A DNA stretch of 62,246 nt, the filler included, from Chiloscyllium plagiosum (Eukaryota): assembly GCF_004010195.1 (NCBI RefSeq). It is 3 parts of one record of this genome, joined end to end, with 100 filler letters (N's around TTAATTAATTAA, not from the genome) between each part and the next. Parts side by side here need not be neighbours in the genome. Positions count along the whole stretch, not along the records: positions 1 to 19,164 come from NC_057716.1; positions 19,265 to 41,330 come from NC_057716.1; 1 more part is not named here. One strand, written 5' to 3'. Below the pieces are notes generated by a model. That model saw nothing but the letters and a program-made list of their open reading frames with translations, was not told the DNA's origin and searched no databases. Shown here piece by piece: positions 13,749 through 24,975 of the stretch. The number at the start of each line of letters is the position of its first letter. Position 1 is the first letter of the stretch. The position numbers and the translations under genes were made by a program.

Positions 13749-14418
13749 CTAATTAGGTCAAAAATTGCAGACAATTTTTTTTAATGCATCTTTAAAATCA
13801 TTTAAAAGTAGAATTTTATTTCATACATAAACACTCCATAATTTAATTAATACAATGCTAAAGAAATTGTGCATCCACAGAAATGGTCAAAAAACTTTTC
13901 TTGAAATGGAATATCTAGATTGAGATTATAAATACCAGGATATAATTCTTATACTTATTTTGTCTTCCTCCTTAAGAGCTGCTATAATAGTAAACCACGT
14001 GGGATCAGCTAACTAAGTACAGCAGGCACTAATCTAAGAACTTTTAACTATCATTTTACATTTACAGGACATATTTAATTTTACACAATCTCAAATTTTA
14101 CTAGTGACTCTTGATAGGCAGAAGTCAAGCCAAATTTCAGATGAACTAGCAAGCTCATGTTATAGCTTTATGAATAGAAGATAGATAATAGTTATTAATG
14201 CATGTAATTAACAGAGATTATGAGTAGTAATGCATGAAGAGAGCACACTAGATAAACTGGATAGACTACTTCAAACCTATTCAAGTTACCATACATAGTT
14301 ATGTTGGATAATTAGAAAACTTCATTTTCATATCATTTATAGAACTTCAAAAATTGTTTCATATAAACTTTAGAAGTTTATATCTATAGAAATAAAATTA
14401 AAGAATTTTTGTACAAAC

Positions 14419-14481
14419 CTTTACGTGCATTCCACGCATCCCACTTGGCCTTTCCTTTTAGATCAAATATGCCGGGACGAT
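14419..14481 (-). CDS. DBI: DBI exon 3 (63 nt)
   Basis: ttttcccag acceptor, gtttgt donor; encodes (D)[20 protein letters not shown](G), containing the ACB signature KAKWDAW. Confidence 0.96.
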
Positions 14482-14564
14482 CTGGGAAAATAAAAGCAAT
14501 TTTAATAGACGAATAACAGCTCCACTCCAAGCGATATTAGTACTGAACTTTGTCACTAACAAAC

Positions 14565-14682
14565 CTGTATTCACATCTCCAACTGTTGCCTGTTTGTATA
14601 GACTGTAGACAGCCAACATTTCATCATCAGATGGTTGTGACTTGAGTTGTTTAACTTCTTCTGCTGCCCTTTCAAAATCACC
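14565..14682 (-). CDS. DBI: DBI exon 2 (118 nt)
   Basis: ctattttag acceptor, gtttgt donor; encodes [39 protein letters not shown]; closer to DBI than ACBD7 (QATVGD.NT.RPG, KWDAW, KV.EL); exon 1 not located. Confidence 0.95.
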
Positions 14683-14707
14683 CTAAAATAGAAAGAAGAA
14701 TTCAGAT

Positions 14708-15392
14708 GATAAGTCTCAAATATATTGGATGTAGGTTTGCTCACTGAGCTGAAAGGTTTGTTTTTCAGATGTTTCGTCACCATACTAAGTAACATCATCA
14801 GTGAGCCTCCAGTGTAGCACTGGTGGCACGGTCCACTTTCTATTTGTGTGTTTAGGTTTCAATGGGTTGTTAATGTCATTTCCCATGGTAATGCGATTTC
14901 CTGTTCTTTTTCTCAGAGTGTGGTAAATGGGATCCAATGTGTTTGTTGATAGATTTCCAGTTGGAATGCCATGCTTCTAGGAATTATTGTGCCTTTCTGT
15001 TGGCTTGTTCTGGGATGGATTTGTTGTCCCAGTCAAAGTGGTGTCCTTCCTCATCTGTATATAAGGATACTAGTGAGAGTAGGTCATGTCTTTTTGTGGC
15101 TAGTTTTCTGCCTGTTTGTCCAATGTAGCGTTTGTTACAGTCCTTGTAAGGTATTTTGTACATGACATTAGTTTTGCTTGTTAAGTTCTTTAGCTGCTGT
15201 TTTAATGTGTTGGTGGGCTTGTGAGCTACCATGACGCTAAGAGGTCTGATTAGTCTGGTAGTCGTTTCCATTCTTCATCCAGAAGCTTACTAATGATGTC
15301 ACCTACTATGGTGACAAAACATCTGAAAATTCATTTTCCAACTCAGTGAGCAAACCGACATTCAGAACCTCAACCTGAGCTACAAACCTTTT
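14708..15392 (-). mobile_element. Penelope-like element 3' fragment (GIY-YIG endonuclease) with terminal repeat and inverted copy, in DBI intron 1
   Basis: KTNVMYKIPYKDCNKRYIGQTGRKL GIY-YIG motif (14984-15271); terminal repeat 14725-14805 recurs inverted at about 15288-15365. Confidence 0.88.
14765..14805 (-). ncRNA. Minimal type I hammerhead ribozyme motif in Penelope terminal repeat
   Basis: UCA-CUGAUGA-U-GUUAC(UUAGUAUG)GUGAC-GAAA-CA-UC-UGA: intact core boxes, 5-bp helix II, 3-bp helix I, vestigial helix III. Confidence 0.7.
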
Positions 15393-16663
15393 CATTATAA
15401 AAGATATGACTGCCAACTGAAATCCTTGCCAAGATAGTTGGCTCTGTATGGCTCCCTAATAATTATACCTTCCTGAAGAGATCAAACCCAAACAAGTAAT
15501 CAGATCTCCACAATGAACACAGTTACAGTAAATACATTATTAATGTAATCTATTTAGAGACCAATAACAGGCTGGGTCTCATCACTGCTTTCCCCATATT
15601 TGTCTGTGATCGGCTCATTCTAAGGTGACATTGAGCATTTCTAATTTTGAGTTACTTCTGCAGCAGAATTAGGAAAACGTATTCTGAAGCATTTAGTCTG
15701 TAATTTAGTAGCTTGGTGCCTTTCAACCCCTTAGCTCTAATAAGAAACATACTTCATGTAATTATTTTGCTCTTTCATCTCAGTTCCTTGTAGTATGTGA
15801 CTGAAGTCATGACCAGATGTCAACTGCAACTCTTTAACAACGTTCAATTGATAACGATGATAACTGAACAAAGTAAATGTTTTTATAAAAATTAACATCA
15901 ATTCTCGTTTGGTGCTTAGCTCAGTGAACCACAAGCAATAATATTGAAATAGATTGTGTGATGAGGGTTCAGATGTTTTGACTCCTCTTCCAAGGAAATT
16001 GGTCTGTGATTAAGCTGAAAAATAGTAACTCGTCAATGGTCATATCTTGTAAAGTATCACACTCTTAACCTCTTTTCTCTTTACCCTTCATACTCCGTAC
16101 ACAAGTGCATACTCAGGTACTCTGCCCTCCTATTTCCCAACCACAAGCCTTGGGGATTCATGAGTGTTCCTGCTCTCTCTCACTGGAAGATAAGCTTACA
16201 GTTTTCCTCCAATTCTCTTTACATCTAATCGACAGGTTCATTAATGTACTCAGTGCTGGATCATTTTGAGCAGCAACCCCAATTGCTTCAACCACTTTCG
16301 ACCTTCCCACCAACTGGGAGCTAAGTCTCGCTCCCTGTCAAACTCTCACCTCTTACTACTGACTTTGTGGACACTGCCAGCAGATCAGCTGTCACCATAC
16401 TTCCACACATTTCCCTCCAGAACGTCCTTTCACTTATAACAAGGGTGCTGCCATCCATTAACTTATTGTGGATGATCACACAGACATAATCAACAGAAAC
16501 CTTCTTGAGTGATGACACCTAATGAAACCTGCTTAGCAAGCTACATCTCGCATCAAATAATCCCTCAGAGCTCTGATAGCAGCAGTTCAGTGATTATGAC
16601 AAGATCACATCTTAACTTCATCTACAGGTCCTCTAACACTATCACTTTCTTCAGATAAGGGGT

Positions 16664-16888
16664 AACTTTTTCACGCAGAGGATGGTACGTGTATGGAATG
16701 AGTTGCCAGAGGAAGTGGTGGAGGCTGGTACTATTGCAACATTTAAAAGGAATTTGGATGGGAAGGGTTTGGAGTGGTATGTACCAGGTGCTGGCAGGTG
16801 GGACTAGATCGGGTTGGGATATCTGGTCGGCACGGATGGGTTGGACCGAAGGGTCTGTTTCCATGCTGTACATCTCTATAACTCTATA
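16664..16888 (+). mobile_element. CR1 (HER1-like) 3' end
   Basis: FFTQR..RVWNELP-type terminus, 3' UTR ggaccgaagggtctgtttccatgctgta, (ctctata) tail; near-identical to 27015-27208. Confidence 0.85.
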
Positions 16889-16975
16889 TATACTTTGTAC
16901 TCAACTCTCTTTCAAAAATCATCATTCAGTACCACCTTGCCAAGGACAGTAAAAATGCTATCACTGAGATTTTTG

Positions 16976-17295
16976 TTCATAGACCTCTTCATGTGGAAAC
17001 TGGCCATTTGGCTCAACAAGTCCACAACTAACCTCCGAAAAGTATCGCACCAAAACCCATTCCCCTACCCCATTACTTTACATTTCCCTTGACAAGTGCA
17101 TTAACTTACACATCCCTGAACACTATGGGCAATTTAGTATGGCAAATTCACCTAGCCTGCACATCTTTGGACTATGGGAGGAAATCCACATAGACACTCG
17201 GAGAATGTGCAAACTCCAACAGACAGTCACCCAAGGCTGGAATCGAATCCAGGTCCATGGCACTGTGAAGCTGCAGTGCTAACCACTGAGTTGCC
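16976..17295 (-). mobile_element. HE1 SINE, degenerate
   Basis: gggcaatttag..tggc.aattcacct..cctgcacatctttggact core and tRNA-like head. Confidence 0.8.
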
Positions 17296-17583
17296 CTAAT
17301 CACTTCTTTGCTTTCCCTCCTCAGTCTCTTCTCCAAGTTACTTCTTATTTCCTACGATTTTAACCATTATTTCAATTTGATGCTGTCCCTCATGGATTCA
17401 TTCTCCTCTTATCCTCCATAAATCTGTTCCATGTAACCTTTCTCTATACTCCACCATCTCTCTACCTCACTGTGACTCCCTCACCTAGAATGAGTCTTGG
17501 AATCACTTCCTTCTATAATGTTTCTGATGTGCTAATTTGGATGTTTCATTATGTTAAAGCTGGTAGGTAAGTTATTAATGAGT

Positions 17584-17827
17584 ATAGAGTGGTGCTGGAA
17601 AAACACAGCAGGTCAGGCAGCATCTGAGGAGCAGGAAAATTGACATTTCGGGCAAAAGTCCTTCATCAGGAATGGAGGCAGGGAGCCTCCAGGTGGAGAG
17701 ATAAGTGTGTGCCTGGGGAGAAGGTGCCAAAGAATACAATAGGTGAATGGGGGTGGCGATAGATCAGAGGGAAGGGTGGAGCAGATAGGTGGGAAGGGAG
17801 ATTGGCAGGTAGATTAGAGTGGTGCTA
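17584..17827 (-). mobile_element. Penelope terminal-repeat fragment with hammerhead-like core
   Basis: Minus strand reads cctgatgaaggacttttgcccgaaatgtc; tagagtggtgct repeated at both ends; TSD-like ttattaatgagt / ttatttatgact. Confidence 0.7.
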
Positions 17828-18109
17828 TTATTTATGACTCAACCCCAACACTTCAATGTTCGTTTATACCCAAAATTATAATCAACCTGTGTCTTGATCA
17901 TACTGAAAGCTTAACCATCCAAAATCCCTCACGGTCACGAATGCCATGGACACACAATCTTTAGTGAACAAACTTTACAAAATAATTTCCCAACTCTGAA
18001 CTGACACAGTACTCCCATCTTCTAGATTCCCAATGTCAGGGAAACATTTACTGAGCTGCTCCGATCCCAAGCCGCTTGAAAAATTTTATATTTTTCAACT
18101 TTCCCAACC

Positions 18110-18460
18110 CTCGTGGGAGTAGGGAGATATGATTGAGATTTATAAAATTGAGGGGCAGAGACAGAGTAGACAAGAAACCTATCCCCATGGGATCACTGAC
18201 CAGGGACACAGTTAAAAGCTAAGGAACAGGAGATTTAGAGCACTTGTGAGGAAAAGAGTAATGGGCATCTGGAACTGTCTGTAAGGGATGATAGAGGCAG
18301 TAACCCTCAGAACAGTTTAGTATTTAGGTATACACTTCAAGCATTAAAGAATACAAGACTATGGGCACAGTGCAGGAACATAGGAGTAGATTAGTTAGGC
18401 CCTTCTTTTTCATTGTTGCAAACTTGGTGGGCCAAAGGGCCTTTTATCTCCAGTGCAGAC
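18110..18460 (+). mobile_element. Old CR1 3' fragment
   Basis: gggagatatgattgagatttataaaatt (GD.IE.YKI) and a gggccaaagggcc tail. Confidence 0.6.
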
Positions 18461-18719
18461 CTCTACGATTCCGACACCTCAGAATAACTTTACAGTAATA
18501 ACATTAAAGGTCCAACACCGGCATCTCCAAAGTATTAAAGGAGACATCGAAAATTTTGCACGTTTGCATTTACCAGTAGTACTGGTCAATTGCTGGCTGG
18601 TATGTTATGATACCTGGGCCAATAACAAACATCCATGGTTGTACGATAAGGATCTTTTTCGCAACAATTTTATGTATTAAAAATGTATTCCGCTATAAAG
18701 TTAGAAGCACATTTAAGGC

Positions 18720-18915
18720 ATTGCGATGCACCTTTCCGTTTTTCGTTGGATATTACAAATCCGCAATGGGACCTTAGAGGGAGACGCGCCCATTTGGAGG
18801 CGCCGAAAATTCCCTAAAATCGTAGACTCCCTGGCGGGGTGACGAAGCTGATGCAGGAGGGCAGGCCACAGCAGACTCAGTGGATGGCAGCAGTGGGAGA
18901 ACCGTGATATAAAAC
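18720..18915. promoter_or_regulatory. CpG-enriched non-repeat segment, possibly the edge of the DBI promoter/exon 1 region
   Basis: Local CpG cluster (gacgcgcc, ggcgccg, ggcggggtgacg) in an otherwise CpG-depleted background, upstream of DBI exon 2. Confidence 0.35.
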
Positions 18916-18917
18916 CC

Positions 18918-19164
18918 CTCCTGGACCTCTCCATCTCCATCAGTGACGACCGACTTGATACTGACATTTTCTACAAACCCACCGACTCCCACAGCTACCT
19001 GGATTACACCTCTTCCCACCCTACCTCTTGCAAAAATGCCATCCCGTATCCCCAATTCCTCCGCCTCCGCCGTATCAACTCCCAGGAGGAGCGGTTCCAC
19101 CATAGAACACACCAGATGGCCACCTTCTTTAGAGACCGCAATTTCCCTTCCCACATGGTTAAAG
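18918..19164 (+). mobile_element. Young Penelope RT fragment (thumb region) running into an assembly gap
   Basis: Uninterrupted frame LLDLSISISDDRLDTDIFYKPTDSHSYLDYTSSHPTSCKNAIPYPQFLRLRRINS, typical of Penelope RT; CpGs retained. Confidence 0.88.
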
Positions 19165-19264
19165 NNNNNNNNNNNNNNNNNNNNNNNNNNNNNNNNNNNN
19201 NNNNNNNNTTAATTAATTAANNNNNNNNNNNNNNNNNNNNNNNNNNNNNNNNNNNNNNNNNNNN
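19165..19264. other. 100-bp scaffold join (44 N + TTAATTAATTAA + 44 N)
   Basis: Six-frame-stop linker between N runs; identical structure at 41331-41430. Confidence 0.95.
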
Positions 19265-19522
19265 CATAATTTCCCTGCCCCCAGCTATAACTCTTGTCCT
19301 GCAGTGCACACTTATCCCTCTCCATCACTTGAGTAAAAGTCACTGAATTGTGGTCACTGTCCCCAAAGTGCTCACCTACCTCCAGTTCTAACACCTGGCC
19401 TGGTTCGTTACCCAGAACCAAATCCAGTATGGCCTCACCTCTTGTTGGCCTGGCTACATATTGTGTCAGGAAACCCTCCTGCACACATTGGACAAACATC
19501 GACCCATCTAACGAACTCGAGC
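19265..19522 (-). mobile_element. CR1 endonuclease C-terminal fragment
   Basis: PTRGEAILDLVLGNEPGQV...GEHFGDSDHNSV. Confidence 0.88.
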
Positions 19523-19524
19523 TA

Positions 19525-21878
19525 TTTTATCTATTTTATCTATTCCCTTCATAATTTTATGTGTTTCAATAAGATCCCCCCTGAATCTTCTGAATTCGAA
19601 TGAATATAATCCCAGTCTACTCAGTCTCTCCTCATAAACCAACCCTCTCAACTCCAGAATTAACCTAGTGAACTTCCTCTGCATCCCCTCCAGTGCCAGT
19701 ACATCCTTTCTCAAGTAAGGAGACCAAAACTGCACACAGTACTCCAGGTGTGGCCTCACCAGCACCATGTACAGCTGCAACATAATCTCTCTGCTTTTAA
19801 ACTCAATCCCATTAGCAATGAAGGACAAAATTCATTTTGCCTTCCTAATTATTTGTTGTACTCGCAGACCAACCTTCTGCGATTCATGCAAAAGGACACC
19901 CAGGTTTCTCTGCATAGCAACATGCTGAAACATTTTACCATTCAAGTAATAATCCTTTTTACTACTAATCCTATCAAAATGTATGACTTCACATTTATTT
20001 ACATGCATTCCATCTGCCCACTCACTCAAAGTATGTATGTGCCTCTGCAAAGTTTCACAGTCTTCTGCACACTTTGCTCTGCCACTCATCTTAGTTAGAC
20101 TTTGACACACTACACGTGGCCCCCAATTCCAAATCATCTATATAAATTGTAAATAATTGTGGTCCCAACACCGATCCCTGAAGCCACATCACTAGTGACT
20201 CATTGCCAGCCAGAATAGCATTCATGTATCCCCACTCTTTGCTTCCTGTTAGTCAACCAATCCTTTATCCAATCTAATACTTTACCCCTAATGCCATGCA
20301 CCCTTATCTTATGCAGCAGCCTTTTGTGTGGCACCTTGTCAAAGGCCTTTTGGAATCTAAGTATACCACATCCACTGGGTCCTCATTATCCACCTTGCTC
20401 ATAATGTCTTCATAGAATTCCAAAAGCTTTGTCAAGCATGACCTGCCCTTCATGAACCCATGCCGTATCTGCCCAATGGGACAATTTCTATCTAGATGCC
20501 TTGCTATTTCTTTCTTGATAATAGACTCAAGCATCTTCCCCACTACAGAGGTTAAGCTAACTGGTCTATAATTCCCCATCTTTTGTCTGCCTTCCTTTTT
20601 AAACAGTGACATCACATTTGCTATTTTCCAATCTGTTGGATTTGCCCCAGAGTTTAGTGAATTTTGGAAAATTATTGCCAGTGCACCTGCTATTTCTCCC
20701 ACCATCTCTTTTAGTACCCTGGGATGCATTCCACTAGGGCCAGGGCTTGTCTATCCTTAGCTCCATTAGCTTGCCCAACACTAGCTCTTCTGTCATAATG
20801 ATTGTTTCTAGGTGCTCACCTATCTTCGTCTCTTTGCCAATTTCTGGCATGTTATTAGTGCCCTCCACTGTGAAGACCAATACACAATATCTGTTCAATG
20901 CCTTGGCCATTTCATCATATCCCATAACTAAATTCCTCTTCTCATCCTCTAATGGGTCAATGTTTATTTTAACCACTCTTTTTCATTTTATGTATTTATA
21001 GAAACTTTTGCTATCTGTCTTTATATTCATTGCTAGTTTTTTTTTTCTCAAGTTCTATCTTACTTTTCTATATATCTCTTTTTGTAGCTTTCTGTTGACA
21101 TTTAAAGTTTGCCCCATCTTCTAGTTTCGTGCTGTTTTTGGTCACTTTATATGCCTTCTCTTTCAATTTGATAGCCTCCCTTATTTCCTTAGACACTCAC
21201 TGCAGATTACCCCTTTTCTTACAATCCTTCCTTTTCTCTGGAATACACTTTTGCTGAACACTTTGAAAGGTTTATTTGAAAGTATTCCACTGCTCGCCAA
21301 TTGTCCCACCATAAAATCTTTGTTTCCAGTCTACTTTAGCCAAGTCCTCTGTCATTCTATTGTAGCCTCCCTTGTTCAAGCACAGGACCCTGGTATTGGA
21401 TTTTATCTTCACACTCTTCCTCTGTATTCTAAATTCATACTGTGATCACTCCTTCCAAGAGGATCCCGAACTATGAGGTCATTAATTATTCCTGTCTCGG
21501 TACACAGGACCAGATTGAGGATAGCTTGCTCCCTCATCGGTTCCATTACATACTGTTCAAGAAGACTATCATGGATACACTCAACAAACTCCTCCTTGAG
21601 ACTACCCTGACTGAGCTGGTTCGACCAATCGACATGTAGATTAAAATTCTCCATGATAATTGCCATACCAATTTTATAGGCATTAGTTATTTCTTTGTTT
21701 ATTGCCCGCCCCAGTGTGATGTTATTATTTGCTGGCTATAGACTATGCCTATTAGTGACTTTTTCCTCCTAGAATTTCTAATATCCACCCAAATAATTCA
21801 ACCTCATTCTCCATAGAACCTACATCATCTCTCAGCCCTGATGTCGTCCTTGAATATCAGAGCTACACCACCTCCCAA
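19525..21878 (-). mobile_element. CR1 ORF2 (endonuclease end + RT), degenerate
   Basis: LGRSDH, HPRVLKE, NYRPVSLTSVVGKMLE, HGFMKGRSCLT, VDVVYLD, LVRPHLEYCVQFWSP, RGDLIETHKIMKG. Confidence 0.9.
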
Positions 21879-22616
21879 AAGCATTTAGATTAGTACCCTT
21901 AATTCTATACTGTCTCTCCATGTTCTTTGTATCAAAATCTATCACCTCACACATCTCTGCATTGAAATCCATCTGTCATCCATTAGCCCACGCATCAACT
22001 TGACTATATTCTTTACAAGTTTTAAACTGGCTTCCTCACTGTTTGAAATATTTCCAAGTTCTGTGTTGTCTGCAAACCAAGATATATGTGTTGCTGTCTG
22101 GCATTGTGCTATCTCAATATTACCCTGACACCATCTACCAGCAGCTTACCTGGTAAACACATTGCAGGTGCTTCAACCAAATGGCCATGTCTCAAAGCTA
22201 TAAAATGGTTTAGTGAAGGAAATTTGAAAGGCATATAAACTGCTATGGAAGGAAATAGTTTTCTGTAACTGGAGTGGAGTGGAAGGACATAACCTATTAC
22301 TGAAATTTAACATGTTCAACTAACATTGATGATGAGACTGAAATATCTCCAAAGTTATAAGATAACTTTTTTTAAAAAAAACAGCCATTTCTGACACTAT
22401 GTCAATGCTAAACTATGTAAATGCAAGTTCTTTTTCTAATCCAAATTTATAAATTGATTGACAGTGGAAGCAGGCGATTCTCATTTCTGATTTTTCTCTC
22501 ACTTTTGCTGAATGACAGCGCCATACTTTACTGTCGTGGTTATAAGACAAGTGCATTGCTATAATTCATGACTCTTGAATTTTTTGACGCTTAAATGATT
22601 CGCAGCTCATTTACAG

Positions 22617-23360
22617 TCATAGAGTCATAGAGCTGTATAACATGGAAACAGAACCTTCAGTCCAACTTGTCCATGCTGACCACTTGTCCACTTGGCCTAT
22701 ATTCGCCTAAACCCTTCATTTTCATACACCCATCCAGATGCTTTTTAAATGTTATAATTGTACAAGCCTCCACCACTTCCTCTGGCAGCTTATTCAATAC
22801 ATGCACCATCCTCTGCCTGAAAATGTTGTCCTTTTAATTTTTTCCCTCTTATAACTATGAACTCAAACCTATGCCCTCTAGTTTTGTACTCCACTACCCT
22901 GAGGAAAAGACCTTGTCTACTCACCCTAACCATGCCCTTGATGATCTTATAAACCTCTATAAGGTCACCCATGGAAAGTAACCCCATCCTCTTCAGCCTC
23001 TCTCTATAGCTCAAACCCTCCAACCTTGGCAACATCCTTGTAAATCTCTTCTGAATGCTTTCAAGTTTCAGTTGTACCGCAAGATCAAAATTGCACACAA
23101 TATTCAAAAAATGGCCTAACCAATGTCTTTTACGGCTGCAACATGACCTCCCAACTCCTATACTCAGTGCACTGACTAATAAAGGCAAGCATGCCAAACA
23201 CCTTCTTCATAATCCTATCTACCTGTGACTCTACTTTCATGCACTCCAAGGCCTCTTTGTTCAGCAACACTCCCCAGGACCTTACCGTTAAGTGTATAAG
23301 TCCTGCCTTGACTTTCCTTTCCAAAATGTAGCACTTCACATTTATCTAAATTAACCTTTA
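22617..23360 (-). mobile_element. CR1 3' portion with tail
   Basis: LESIQKRFTRMLP.LEGLSYRERL, GDLIEVYKI, TRGH; (ctctatga)n tail at 22617-22633. Confidence 0.85.
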
Positions 23361-23423
23361 TCTATAAGTACAACAAACTTTTATATACCCACCTTCATCA
23401 CCAGCGCACCTCGAAATAAAAGA

Positions 23424-23518
23424 CTCCTGATGAAGGGTTCCTGCCTGAAACGTCAATTTTCCTGCTCCTCGGATGCTGCCTGACCTGCTGAGCTTTTCCA
23501 GCACCACTCTAATCTTGA
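23424..23518 (+). mobile_element. Penelope terminal-repeat fragment with core-intact hammerhead motif
   Basis: CTGATGA-A-GGGT-TCCT-GCCT-GAAA-CGTC at 23427-23454 followed by gatgctgcctgacctgctgagcttttccagc. Confidence 0.75.
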
Positions 23519-24749
23519 CCTGGCAATTTCAGCTTGCTGCTGGCTAAGAAAACCCTCCATGTTGCTCACCACACAAAAGCATCTCAAGGCACAATCCATG
23601 GCCACCAACCACATGCAGTTTGCACCTACAGACGTCAGCATCCAATAATCACCAACCAGGGCAACATTTCAGAGTGCAGTGGCAAATACCATTGAAAAGC
23701 TGTTGCAAGTACACTTCACACACAGAGAAGAATAGGAATCTAGCTCACTGTTTTGGCCAGGCTGTGTCTTAGATCTGCTTACTTGCTCTCTTCGCACTTG
23801 CTCACTGAGCACTTACCTGTATGAGTTTGGTGCCCAGACATTGCTTGCTGTGCCATTCCTGTTAAGGTATTGGCCTTCAATCCGAGCCTATCTACACTGT
23901 TGAATTGATGTGCTCTTCTGCATAGGCACACAGACAGATTGCTTATCAGTCAGAATCTGTCTGGATAGGGGACATCTTGCTGTATGGCACACCAAGATGA
24001 CAATGTAATACATACAGCATGTGCCAGCTACATGTTTATATAATTAGCAGGGTGGGAGAGTGGCTGGGGGAGGTCCACTCAAAGTAATGGGGAGATCCTG
24101 TTGGGCAGGGAGTCCCCAGTACCATCAATCAAAAGCATATCCTTTTCATAGTTCATGAGCTTGATTAGGGGAAATGTCCACCAACTGTTCAGAGGGTGGC
24201 CAGTGCTCAGTCACATGTAGTCAGACAAATCACATATTGTCTGTAGGTGACCTGCAAAGACAGCAGCAGGGGTTTGGTCATTCATTTTTGGAGGTTGTTG
24301 GTCAAAATTGGACCAAGGCCTGGAGCAATTACAGTTCTGGAAGATCATACATTGGAAGGGGGAAGCTAGTGAGGGGGAGATATACAAGTCTGGGGGGTGG
24401 TGCTGTAGTGGCAAGGGGTCTCACTACAAGTAGAGTTGGGTAGTCAAAGCTGAGGGAGGAATGCAGCAGGCGCTTGTGTCAAGATGGAAACAAGGAAAAT
24501 TACAGGAATAAATTTAAGGTACAAGGTGGGGTATGCAGTACAACGTTAGATGGCATGGAATGCTACAGAAGGGAGTGTTATTGGCAAAGACCACCAACAT
24601 AGTCACTACATGGTCAGTGTCCAAGACCAAGCTGGGCACCAGTCAGCAACAGTTTTGTCAGTAATCAGGGAACAAGGGGGCATGTTGGAGGTAGAGTTTA
24701 TTGTGGTTGATCTCTACTCAGAAGATAGATGAAAATGGGCTTTTCTTTT

Positions 24750-24890
24750 TCAGATTCACTGCCAGGATCTGGCTAATACCAATATTTATTGCCCATCCCT
24801 AATTGCCCAGAGGGCAGTTAAGAGTCAATCATGTTGCTGTATCTCTAGAGTCACATGTTGGCCGCATCAGGTCAGGATGAGAGATTTCTA
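24750..24890 (-). mobile_element. SacSINE1/DeuSINE-like SINE 3' fragment
   Basis: Minus strand: acatgtgactctaga...tgattgactcttaactgccctctgggcaattagggatgggcaataaa; overlaps in homology with 59424-59680. Confidence 0.6.
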
Positions 24891-24975
24891 AAACTAATAC
24901 CATTAAGCTATAGCCTCCTCTTGCAAAGTAAAATGGCACATAGAAACATTGGTGGAGCGTGTACCTCACCTGATC

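Noticed and set aside
13672..14682. ACBD7 or processed pseudogene assignment
   Set aside because: Intact GT-AG introns, no stops, DBI-type residues and linkage to C1QL2.
19209..19220. TTAATTAATTAA between N runs (also 41375-41386)
   Set aside because: Artificial six-frame-stop scaffolding linker centred in a 100-bp gap; not biological.
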